From the IMG/VR virus record IMGVR_UViG_2778261216_000006: 24,331 nt of DNA; one strand, 5' to 3'. Below are positions 9,471 through 16,608 of this stretch, one piece after another. Position numbers and translations under genes: made by a program. How positions within the stretch are numbered: position 1 is the stretch's first letter; every line of letters begins with the position of its first letter. The notes beneath the pieces are model-generated. The model did no database searches, was not told the DNA's origin, and saw only the letters and a program-made list of their open reading frames with translations. Source of the DNA: a virus. Lineage: Duplodnaviria; Heunggongvirae; Uroviricota; Caudoviricetes.

Positions 9471-9562
9471 TGCGTTTTCCTCTGTTGTGTCTGTTTGTTT
9501 CAGATAGTAACTATGCCGGACCGTGACGAAAAGCCAGTAGTGCTCCATACCGTTTCAAATGA

Positions 9563-9588
9563 CGCAAAAAAGCCGGATTGCTCCGGCT
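9563..9588 (-). terminator. Rho-independent terminator (second copy of AGCCGGAGCAATCCGGCT hairpin)
   Basis: Same hairpin plus T-run on the minus strand, downstream of the PerC-like gene. Confidence 0.6.
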
Positions 9589-9610
9589 GCGTGGTGTGGT
9601 TCTGATATTC

Positions 9611-9859
9611 CTACTCAGCTAATTTGCTCAGCCCCATGTCTGCGTAAGTGCGATTTACTGCATTTCTCAGGTCTGCGTAGTTCTCCGTTGGCGGCTCCGG
9701 TGGCCTCTGTGCCTTCCTGGAACATTCCAGCCGTCGCATCGTAACCTGATGCCGTTCCTTGTCTGTCTCCACCAGTTGCATGACTTCACCCCATCGCGCC
9801 GACGCCCTCCGGTAAAATCCTTTCGCCTCGAGTTCCTCCGCTATGCGGTCATGTACCAT
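9611..9859 (-). CDS. PerC-family-like transcriptional regulator (82 aa)
   Basis: Start at internal Met with strong SD (GAGGGGGTGA); MVHDRIAEELEAKGFYRRASARWGEVM resembles the PerC-family N-terminus (from memory). Confidence 0.5.
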   Translation of the reverse strand: MVHDRIAEELEAKGFYRRASARWGEVMQLVETDKERHQVTMRRLECSRKAQRPPEPPTENYADLRNAVNRTYADMGLSKLAE

Positions 9860-9869
9860 CGTCACCCCC

Positions 9870-10280
9870 TCAGAACGGAATACCGTCACCGTAAGGGTCA
9901 TCGCCTCCCGCTGGTGGCTGATTACCCTGTGTGCCTGTGGTTTTGCGTCTGTTCCCGCCTGGACGTGCCGCGCGGGCACTGATTACGCTGTCTGCAATAA
10001 CCTGATACCCCCGCCGCGTTTCCCCGTTCTGTCCGGTCCACTGGCTTACCTGCATCGTGCCGGATACGCTGGCAACATCGCCTTTTTGATGTTTAGCCAG
10101 GAAATCGGCCTGTTTGCCAAATGCGATAACCGATAACCATAACGTCGCCTGTCCGTCCTGTGCCTGGCTGCATGGCAAAGATACCGCCATACGCGCCAGC
10201 GTCATCGGTGTGCCCTTGCTGGTCTGTTTTACCTGCGGGTCGTCCACCAGCCGCCCGTAAGCCGCTATCTGTGCTGTCAT
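9870..10280 (-). CDS. Single-stranded DNA-binding protein (SSB-like)
   Basis: 136 aa; OB-fold core blocks, Gly/Pro-rich linker and acidic C-terminal tip ending DGIPF; ATGA overlap with the upstream gene. Confidence 0.8.
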   Translation of the reverse strand: MTAQIAAYGRLVDDPQVKQTSKGTPMTLARMAVSLPCSQAQDGQATLWLSVIAFGKQADFLAKHQKGDVASVSGTMQVSQWTGQNGETRRGYQVIADSVISARAARPGGNRRKTTGTQGNQPPAGGDDPYGDGIPF

Positions 10281-10528
10281 GCTGTCTGCTCTCCGGTTTT
10301 AACGTTGATTGTTGTTACCTGTTCCGCTTCGGCAATCTCCCGTTCTGTCAGCGTGGCAAAGTTTGCCGCCGCTGTTGTCATGAATGCGCTTATCAGTTCG
10401 GGATGCTCCTTCGCGTATCCTTCCCCCGCGTGGCGGTCTATCGTTCTGATTGCCACCTTTAAAGCCAGTTCAGCCATATCTAACGCCTTATATTTCGGCT
10501 CTGTTCTGTCTCTGCGTTTTTGGGTCAT
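10277..10528 (-). CDS. Hypothetical protein (start uncertain, 66-84 aa)
   Basis: Track ORF 10277..10558 overlaps the iterons at its 5' end, so an internal Met (10528 or 10477) is the likely start; translationally coupled to ssb. Confidence 0.5.
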   Translation of the reverse strand: MTQKRRDRTEPKYKALDMAELALKVAIRTIDRHAGEGYAKEHPELISAFMTTAAANFATLTEREIAEAEQVTTINVKTGEQTA

Positions 10529-10540
10529 TTCTCGCAACCT

Positions 10541-10730
10541 CTCACTTTTTCGCCTCACTTTTTCAAGCGTCTCACTTCGTCGCAGTTGGGATTTTTGGTT
10601 TTTCTATGTGTGTGTTTCATAAGTATTTTTTTACCCCTCACTTTTGAGGATGTATACAGGTCGAAAAGTGAGGGAGAGCAGGCTAATTTTGGCCCTCTTT
10701 CCACCCCCCTCGCTTTTGCTCCTCACTTTT
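10541..10730. repeat. Iteron array (CTCACTTTT repeats, at least 6 copies in both orientations) with AT-rich spacer: candidate island replication origin
   Basis: Copies near 10541, 10554, 10571 (variant), 10637, 10665 (inverted), 10709 (variant), 10722; immediately downstream of the replication helicase gene. Confidence 0.55.
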
Positions 10731-12138
10731 ATAGCGGCGCTACATCATCCCCATCGATACGAATAACCCCATCTTTTTCCAGCTTGTACAGCCAGCGCCG
10801 GAAGTTTTTCATTTCATACCCCAGTTTTTTCATGTCATCACGTAACAGCGGGATCGTGCACTTGTCGCCGTTCTGTGTGCGTGAACGGATGCACCCCCAT
10901 AGCGCGGTATGGTTTTCCGTCTTGTTCCCTGCCTCCTCGATGCGCTCCAGTTCAACGGGAGGGCGCGGCTTATCCACCACCACCAGCGACGTGATTAACT
11001 CCCCGTCAGCGTCGGTAAAAAGCTCCACCACCCGCAAATCATAGGCAGCCTCTTTGAGTTCCTCCGCGTCCTTCATTTTGGTGCATGAGATAACCAGCGC
11101 TTCGCTTCCTGCGTCCTCCCTGCGTATCCGGTATTCAGCATCCAGTGATGCACGAAATGCACTGGAACCGCGCGCGCCTTTCGTCTCATCCTTGCCGGAA
11201 TGGTGAACCACCAGCACCGTGGCCCCTGTGCGTCGTTTCAGTTCGTCACACCCACGGATAAACGCCCCCATGTCGCGGGAGTCATTTTCATCATTGCCGC
11301 CAAAGCAGCGCGCCAGCGTGTCCAGAATAATCATGCGAACAGGTTTACCCGTTTCCCTCTCCACCTGACTGGCAGCAATAACCAGTTCATCAACATCAAG
11401 CGGGACAGCCGGAAAGATGGGACGGTTTACCAGATACAGATTTTTCACCTGCTCACCGTGCACAACCTCCCAGGCTTTTACACGACGCGGAACGCCGATA
11501 CCGCCTTCACCAACCACATAGAGAACAGCGCCATGCGCCACCCTGCGGCCTCCCCACTGGCGGCCCGTGGAAACGTGACACGCCCACGATCCGGCAAGGA
11601 ATGATTTATAGGAACCGCTCGCCCCGTATATGCTGCAAAGCGACGATGCCGGAATAATCCCCTTTACCACGTAATCAAGCTGTGTGTCGTATCCGGTAGA
11701 TCCAACGCTCATCGGTAGCGTGGTTTTTCGCTGGGGAATTTTTTTCATGACCAGGCTTTCCCCGCGTTCCCATGCCTCCCTAAGCCGTGGAAGCTGGTCG
11801 CTCCATTCCTCCAGCAATTCGAAATTTTCAGAAAGTAGCCGCGCCTCCTGGACTCCGGCGATCGCCAGTTTCGTGGCGATGGTTAACAGCTGCGGCTCTT
11901 CAATATTTCCGGCGCGTATCACCGTCGCCCTGTATCGCCCATCATCAACAATCTGGAGGTTATCCAGTTCGCTTAACTGATAACGCCCCAGATAAACGGG
12001 AGGGACTGGATCGCCTGCTTTTTTGGCCTGTGCAATGATGTAATGCTCTGCGAATGAGTGAGCATCAATACCCGCAAAAATAATCGCATCGGTGTATTTG
12101 TCTTTCGGTAATAGTTTTACGTTCGGTGCCAGTTTCAT
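10729..12138 (-). CDS. Replication protein, RepA-like AAA ATPase/helicase (satellite pri-rep type)
   Basis: 469 aa; Walker A (YGASGSYKSF), Walker B (RMIILDTL), VVHHSGKDETKGARGSSA block. Confidence 0.85.
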   Translation of the reverse strand: MKLAPNVKLLPKDKYTDAIIFAGIDAHSFAEHYIIAQAKKAGDPVPPVYLGRYQLSELDNLQIVDDGRYRATVIRAGNIEEPQLLTIATKLAIAGVQEARLLSENFELLEEWSDQLPRLREAWERGESLVMKKIPQRKTTLPMSVGSTGYDTQLDYVVKGIIPASSLCSIYGASGSYKSFLAGSWACHVSTGRQWGGRRVAHGAVLYVVGEGGIGVPRRVKAWEVVHGEQVKNLYLVNRPIFPAVPLDVDELVIAASQVERETGKPVRMIILDTLARCFGGNDENDSRDMGAFIRGCDELKRRTGATVLVVHHSGKDETKGARGSSAFRASLDAEYRIRREDAGSEALVISCTKMKDAEELKEAAYDLRVVELFTDADGELITSLVVVDKPRPPVELERIEEAGNKTENHTALWGCIRSRTQNGDKCTIPLLRDDMKKLGYEMKNFRRWLYKLEKDGVIRIDGDDVAPL

Positions 12139-12434
12139 TTTTTACCCCTGAATCCGTTAATCATGGTTTTCAGCTTCTGGATGTTTGCCCGTGCCCTGGC
12201 GTTGCTGGTGGGCACGTTATGCGGCGCGGTCTGTACCAGAGAAAAATCACGCCGGAACTGATAAACAGGCATCACGCAATCATATTCGTAACCTTCACGG
12301 CGGTAAGTTACGCACCGTCCCGCCACGCCCTTAATCATTACCATGCCGCCGTACTGGTCGCGGTAAATATCACCGCGCGTAAATTTAGGGTGAGTGTTGC
12401 CACTGGCAGTTAAGCCAGAATATTTAAGTTTCAT
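12135..12434 (-). CDS. Hypothetical protein (99 aa)
   Basis: GGAGA SD ~9 nt upstream; stop overlaps the rep start (ATGA). Confidence 0.55.
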   Translation of the reverse strand: MKLKYSGLTASGNTHPKFTRGDIYRDQYGGMVMIKGVAGRCVTYRREGYEYDCVMPVYQFRRDFSLVQTAPHNVPTSNARARANIQKLKTMINGFRGKK

Positions 12435-12439
12435 TATTT

Positions 12440-12670
12440 TTATTCTCCGGTGTGGGGCGCGTTATTATTTTCGTGAATTGCCATTGCCTTATCCAGTTCA
12501 TCAATAACAGGCGATAGTAATGTCTGAATGGCTGCAAACATTAATGACGAAGATTCTTCGCCAGATTCCGGCACTTCAATTAATTTGCCTAACAACGCAT
12601 TCATTTCCTTTGCGCGGATTAATGCGTTTTCAGAGTGGATTAATACTTCAAAAGGGATTTTATGCATCAC
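12440..12670 (-). CDS. Hypothetical protein (76 aa)
   Basis: AAGGGAG SD upstream; tightly packed in the operon. Confidence 0.5.
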   Translation of the reverse strand: MMHKIPFEVLIHSENALIRAKEMNALLGKLIEVPESGEESSSLMFAAIQTLLSPVIDELDKAMAIHENNNAPHTGE

Positions 12671-12890
12671 AAATTTTCTCCCTTATTCTTTTAATGTCCT
12701 CATTAAGGATGTCTGTAACTTTTATCAGCGAGTTTTTGGCAATTATTTTTATTGTTTTAAGTTTTCTTTTGTCGTGCTCCGACTGTGATTTTCTCTCCAT
12801 GCTCTCCACCATGTGGGTAACATCAACGAGCGCACGTATCAGTATTTGCATTGCTTCTTCTGCTGCGTCCGGTGTGGTTTTATTGTGCAT
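12660..12890 (-). CDS. Hypothetical protein (76 aa), first gene of the replication operon
   Basis: Internal Met of track ORF 12660..12932 with strong SD (AGGGGGAAACCT). Confidence 0.5.
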   Translation of the reverse strand: MHNKTTPDAAEEAMQILIRALVDVTHMVESMERKSQSEHDKRKLKTIKIIAKNSLIKVTDILNEDIKRIREKICDA

Positions 12891-13122
12891 AGGTTTCCCC
12901 CTGGCGAATACGGGCGGCAAATACAGCAACACAACCGGACGGGCAACGGTTACGCGCTTCGCGTTCCGTCCAGGCGGTTACGTGGATGATTTGACGTTCT
13001 GACGCGCCAAAGGCAATAAAGCGCCAGATGTATTTATTCAGGTTGTGCGAGTCCCGCCCTTGCGGGTGTGTGGTATGATTTCTCATAGCTACCTCGATAC
13101 TATTGCTATCGTTGGTGGTTAG

Positions 13123-13156
13123 ACGCCCCGTATGTGTGCCACCACTGCGGGGCGTT
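13123..13156 (+). terminator. Conserved hairpin GACGCCCCG...CGGGGCGTT (copy 1) bounding cassette 1
   Basis: 8-bp GC-rich stem; near-identical copy at 13860-13896. Confidence 0.45.
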
Positions 13157-13167
13157 GCCTTTTGGTG

Positions 13168-13208
13168 CAAGTCACCTTTAAAGGCTATGCTACTTTCAGG
13201 TGACTTGC
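13168..13208. promoter_or_regulatory. 11-bp perfect inverted repeat GCAAGTCACCT / AGGTGACTTGC (operator-like) upstream of cassette 1
   Basis: Read directly; followed by a T-rich tract and TATACT -10-like hexamer (~13241). Confidence 0.4.
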
Positions 13209-13276
13209 ACTTCAAGCCTTTTTTTATTTTTTTTTCTGCGTATACTGAACGCCACCTAACAGTAAGGAGGCCAGTA

Positions 13277-13456
13277 ATGCCAACGGGTACAACCAACAAC
13301 AAATCACAACAAAAAACGGCTAGAGTTCCTCTAGAAGTTTTAAGCGAAATGAATTTGGTCAAAGAAGAAAACGAAACAGACGCGCAATTCATCGTTACAG
13401 CCATGCGCGGCGAAATCAAACGCCGCCAGCGCCGCAAGGCCAAAGAATCAGAATAA
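13277..13456 (+). CDS. Arc-like ribbon-helix-helix DNA-binding protein (59 aa)
   Basis: Strong SD AAGGAGG 6 nt before ATG; RVPLEVLSEMNLVKEENETDAQFIVTAM matches the Arc pattern (P-x-E-V-L ... EEN). Confidence 0.55.
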   Translation: MPTGTTNNKSQQKTARVPLEVLSEMNLVKEENETDAQFIVTAMRGEIKRRQRRKAKESE

Positions 13457-13461
13457 TCACT

Positions 13462-13505
13462 ATCAGCGCCGTGGTGTGAGGAACTCCGGCGCATTGCTTT
13501 ACAGG
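13462..13505 (+). promoter_or_regulatory. Conserved 44-bp intergenic element ATCAGCGCCGTGGTGTGAGGAACTCCGGCGCATTGCTTTACAGG (copy 1)
   Basis: Contains stem GCGCCG/CGGCGC; second copy at 14146-14189 with a single mismatch. Confidence 0.5.
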
Positions 13506-13513
13506 GCAGCACT

Positions 13514-13741
13514 ATGAACGAACACACATCATCACCGGAAAACGGCGAAAGCACGTCAACATATGAAATCATCCGGCAAAGGCAGTCAGAAGCCTGCGCC
13601 AGACTTGAGGAAGAACTAACCAGAACAAAAATACCACCACCAGCGCCGCGCTTAGTGCCACCAGAAAAATTTGCCCTTGAAGATTTTGTCGATAAATACC
13701 CACGGCGGCTTAAATCCGGCAAAAACCGACCGCCAGGATGA
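13514..13741 (+). CDS. Hypothetical small protein (75 aa), partner of the Arc-like gene
   Basis: ATG 9 nt after the conserved element; shares F-A-x-x-x-F-V-D-K-Y-P-R-R block with the 14198..14401 product. Confidence 0.4.
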   Translation: MNEHTSSPENGESTSTYEIIRQRQSEACARLEEELTRTKIPPPAPRLVPPEKFALEDFVDKYPRRLKSGKNRPPG

Positions 13742-13859
13742 GTGCACAAAACCGAACTATGAAACGGATTATTCCGTTTCCGGGGCGTTTGTGTGTGTAT
13801 AAAGAGTAAGCTATGCTCTTTTATAGCCATAATCGTTACCTCAATTAATGGTTTGGTTA

Positions 13860-13902
13860 GACGCCCCGTATGTGTTCCCATCACTGCGGGGCGTTGTTTT
13901 TT
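13860..13902 (+). terminator. Conserved hairpin GACGCCCCG...CGGGGCGTT plus T-run (copy 2), between cassettes
   Basis: Stem followed by GTTGTTTTTTG. Confidence 0.5.
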
Positions 13903-13945
13903 GTGCTAGTTGTGTGTAATGTGTATATACACATAAACACATTAT

Positions 13946-14140
13946 ATGGGTGTAATTGACGTGTCAACACACAAAAATGAAAGGCGTGGTAATCCTCCTT
14001 TCCAGTTCCGTTTAGATCCTGACTTACGGGAAAAGATGGAAAAAGCACAACAACAAGACGGTGATGACTCTTTAGCTGCTTGGATAAAACGAATAATCCG
14101 AAAAGAATTACAGCAACGCGGTATTGAACCCAAAGAATAA
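13946..14140 (+). CDS. Arc-like ribbon-helix-helix DNA-binding protein (59-64 aa)
   Basis: PPFQFRLDPDLREKMEKAQQQDGDDSLAAWIKRIIRKE follows the Arc pattern (from memory); start ATG 13946 or GTG 13961; palindrome ATGTGTATATACACAT just upstream. Confidence 0.55.
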   Translation: MGVIDVSTHKNERRGNPPFQFRLDPDLREKMEKAQQQDGDDSLAAWIKRIIRKELQQRGIEPKE

Positions 14141-14197
14141 AAAACATCAGCGCCGTGGCGTGAGGAACTCCGGCGCATTGCTTTACAGGTACACACA

Positions 14198-14401
14198 ATG
14201 ACCAATAAAGAATCAACCAATACACCATCGCAAAAAACGAACAGAGAGCACGAAAATATGGCGCTCGAGCATGAATCAGAAAGATTCGCTCCATGCGCTT
14301 TTGTCCTTGATGAGTTTCTAAAAAAATATTCACGTTCTGAACGGATGAAAATGGCAGCACAATACGGCCCCAACAAGCAAGGTAATTGCCCACCAGCCTG
14401 A
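14198..14401 (+). CDS. Hypothetical small protein (67 aa), paralogue of the 13514..13741 product
   Basis: Same position relative to the conserved element; shared FxxxxFVLDEFLKKYSR block. Confidence 0.4.
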   Translation: MTNKESTNTPSQKTNREHENMALEHESERFAPCAFVLDEFLKKYSRSERMKMAAQYGPNKQGNCPPA

Positions 14402-14473
14402 TAGCGGCTATCATTCCCGTGCTTATGTTTGGGATCACATACACATAAGGCGCAGCAGGTTAATTGTTCAGAA

Positions 14474-14506
14474 AGGCGGCTCCATATCGGGGCCGCTTTT
14501 TTTATG
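14474..14506 (+). terminator. Rho-independent terminator ending the plus-strand cassettes
   Basis: GCGGC...GCCGC stem followed by TTTTTTT. Confidence 0.55.
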
Positions 14507-14644
14507 CCTGAAAAACCCCAATTTTGTTGTTTTTCAGTTTCACCAGGGCGAACGAATCCCCGCCCACGTTCGGGCGCATATTCAATCTTCATAGTTATAT
14601 CTCTGTATTAGTGGATGTGTGGCGACTGTGTGCCGCCAGTCTTT

Positions 14645-14833
14645 TTAGTGAACTGCCTTGCAGCTATCCTTCCAGGCCAAAACCTCAGATAAAGACCAGC
14701 CAACAGAACGCCCACCAAGTTTACGACGTGATGGGAATTGTCCGGCCTTTTCCAGGCGGTAGCGGCATGAGCGGCTAAGGCCTGTTAGCTTTTCGCATTC
14801 TTTTTCACGTATAAACCGATCAGTGCTTAACAC
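14645..14833 (-). CDS. alpA: AlpA-family phage regulatory protein (Xis-like activator)
   Basis: 62 aa; LSEVLAWKDS-type C-terminus typical of the AlpA family; sits just downstream of the integrase as in PICIs. Confidence 0.88.
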   Translation of the reverse strand: MLSTDRFIREKECEKLTGLSRSCRYRLEKAGQFPSRRKLGGRSVGWSLSEVLAWKDSCKAVH

Positions 14834-14995
14834 TATTGCCCCCTTTCGTTTCTTAAAGAGTTATTTCGTGTTCTATTGCGTTGGGATGTGTCTGATTGTG
14901 TCAGGATGATTCAGAGTTGGCAAATGTTGGTGTCGCATGGTTTACAGAAAGAGGAATAATCAGGATAAAATCATTTAAATTCATGTTAATACAAA

Positions 14996-15030
14996 GGCAT
15001 AAAATCTTGTTTTATGCCTTTTTTCGCACG
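14996..15030. terminator. Hairpin GGCATAAAA-TCTTG-TTTTATGCC with flanking T-run between int and alpA
   Basis: 9-bp perfect stem followed by TTTTTT on the plus strand; weaker T-tract on the minus strand. Confidence 0.45.
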
Positions 15031-15114
15031 CTTTAACGCGTAATTCACTAATGTATAAAAAACCAGTCACACAAATAAAATCAGTCACTTATAAACCTGC
15101 GTACTTTTTCGCCT

Positions 15115-15145
15115 CTTGTTCGTGGTTGTTCCACGTTGTTTCACA
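15115..15145. promoter_or_regulatory. Inverted copy of the GAACAACGTGGAACAACCACGAACAA dyad motif
   Basis: Reverse complement matches 9158-9189 over ~28 bp; ~70 bp downstream of the int stop. Confidence 0.4.
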
Positions 15146-15207
15146 TTGTTCGCCGTTGTATCTGTGTGCTTATCCAGTATACGCATACTGAAAAAACACG
15201 AAAAAAA

Positions 15208-16458
15208 TTATTTTCTTCTGGCTGCTGGTAGTGCGGTTACGTTTTCATGTGTTCCCGCCAGTATCCCTAACCGCTCCGTCCACATATCCAGCGCATTGCG
15301 TTTAGCATCCAGATAACGGGAATGATTATAAACTCGCTGCATTCCTGGCATCTGGTGGCCTGTAAGCTGCTCCACGACGTGCGGATCAACGCCTAAATCG
15401 TTCAGCATGGTTGTAAAGGTGCGCCGGATGTCATGCAGTGACCAGTGAGGGTGTTTAAGCCTCCTGTGCGCTAATCTGCCGTACTGCGACACGCTGGTTT
15501 CCTGTTTCACTTCCCCCAGCAATAAGCCCGTGTGCCTGTTCTGCTCCACCAGCTGCGTGATGAACGGCAGTATCGCTTCCGGTATGGGCCGGAATATGGC
15601 TACCTTCGTTTTACTGTGCTCCTTCGGAACGGTCCAGAGCATTTCGGTAAAATCCCACTCGCCGATCTCAGATAACCTAAGTTCGACCGTCCGGCATCCG
15701 AACACAATCAGGAGGCGGATTAGCGCGATGTAGTAGGGGGAGAATATTTTTTTGTCCAGTGCCTGCAATAATTCGCCAAGTTCTTTGTTGCTTAAGACAC
15801 GCTCGCTTATATCCGGTTTTTTCCCAACGTCAGCCACACTCATATCATCAAGAACGTTGCTGATTGCATAGCGCCGCTTCCTGCAGAACTTAAGCGCCTG
15901 CTTGCATGTCTGTAGCAGGAACCCGGCGGAAACAGGGGCTTTCTTTGCCACCCGATCAAAACAGGCCAGCCAGTGCCGTAGCTCGCATTTATCCAGCGGC
16001 ATAGGGCCAATGTGCTGTATTACGTGATTATTTAGCCGCTTTTTCAGTGGGTCATAATCCACACGGTTTTCCTTTGCGTACGACTCAAGCCAGTAGGTGA
16101 GCGCATCGCCAACCGTTACAGGCTTTAACGCTTCCTGTACGGAGTAATTCATCTCATGGCGTGGATTTTTCCCTTCTGCCAGCCATGCACGACACTGGGC
16201 GGCTTTTTCCCTGGCTGATTTCAGGCTCAGATCAGGATAATTTCCCAGCTTAATGCGTTCCGGTGGTGCCCCCCTTCCCGCTCCGGCCCTGTAAGTGAAA
16301 TACCAGGTTAAAAGGCCGCTGGTTGAATGCCTGACACTCAGGTTTCCACCGTCATTAAGAAAGGCTGTTTTTTGGGCGGGTGTGCCGTTGATTTTCCTTA
16401 GCTGTGTATCGCTCAGTTTGTTAAGTGCTCTGCTCATAATTTTGAATCCGGTCATCAC
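15208..16458 (-). CDS. int: Tyrosine recombinase/integrase, P4-like family
   Basis: 416 aa; N-terminal arm-binding-like region, catalytic-domain blocks (HDIRRTF, LGHQMPG-type); start codon uncertain (GTG 16458, ATG 16455 or 16437). Confidence 0.94.
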   Translation of the reverse strand: MMTGFKIMSRALNKLSDTQLRKINGTPAQKTAFLNDGGNLSVRHSTSGLLTWYFTYRAGAGRGAPPERIKLGNYPDLSLKSAREKAAQCRAWLAEGKNPRHEMNYSVQEALKPVTVGDALTYWLESYAKENRVDYDPLKKRLNNHVIQHIGPMPLDKCELRHWLACFDRVAKKAPVSAGFLLQTCKQALKFCRKRRYAISNVLDDMSVADVGKKPDISERVLSNKELGELLQALDKKIFSPYYIALIRLLIVFGCRTVELRLSEIGEWDFTEMLWTVPKEHSKTKVAIFRPIPEAILPFITQLVEQNRHTGLLLGEVKQETSVSQYGRLAHRRLKHPHWSLHDIRRTFTTMLNDLGVDPHVVEQLTGHQMPGMQRVYNHSRYLDAKRNALDMWTERLGILAGTHENVTALPAARRK

Positions 16459-16535
16459 AATTAACTACACCATTAACTACACCGATCGTTGCACAAAGGG
16501 CTACAACGTGAAACAAGCTGGAACAAGAAAAATCA
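16455..16535. repeat. Right arm-type repeat (ATTAACTACACCATTAACTACACCG ... GAAACAAGCTGGAACAA)
   Basis: Direct repeat of 1541-1612, between the int start and the attR core. Confidence 0.5.
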
Positions 16536-16608
16536 CAAATCTGTTTATAATCAAAAACATAACGCACAACCTGAAACATTATGAAACGGCAAAAAACACT
16601 AATTGATA

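Noticed and set aside
9246-9548. Full-length track ORFs 9246..9548 and 9611..9979 as gene models
   Set aside because: Both have strong SD sequences in front of internal Met codons (9470 and 9859); the upstream extensions overlap terminators or the ssb 3' end, so the shorter models are preferred.
10541-10730. Possible CRISPR array
   Set aside because: The repeats are 9-bp iterons in mixed orientation with irregular spacing; there are no 28-37 bp repeats with unique spacers and no cas genes.
10520-11604. Plus-strand ORFs 10520..11044 and 11200..11604
   Set aside because: Antisense to the well-supported replication helicase gene; the first also runs through the iteron array.
13103-13456. 117-aa plus-strand ORF
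   Set aside because: The N-terminal part reads through a terminator hairpin and promoter-like region; the real gene is the C-terminal 59 aa starting at the SD-preceded ATG at 13277.
12880-13884. 334-aa minus-strand ORF spanning the cassette region
   Set aside because: Low-complexity Ser/Cys/Arg-rich translation that crosses two terminator hairpins and runs antisense to SD-preceded plus-strand genes; an open-frame artefact.
13881-14592. Minus-strand ORFs 13942..14592 (216 aa) and 13881..14444 (187 aa)
   Set aside because: Antisense to cassette 2, mutually overlapping, Cys-rich and low-complexity, with no SD.
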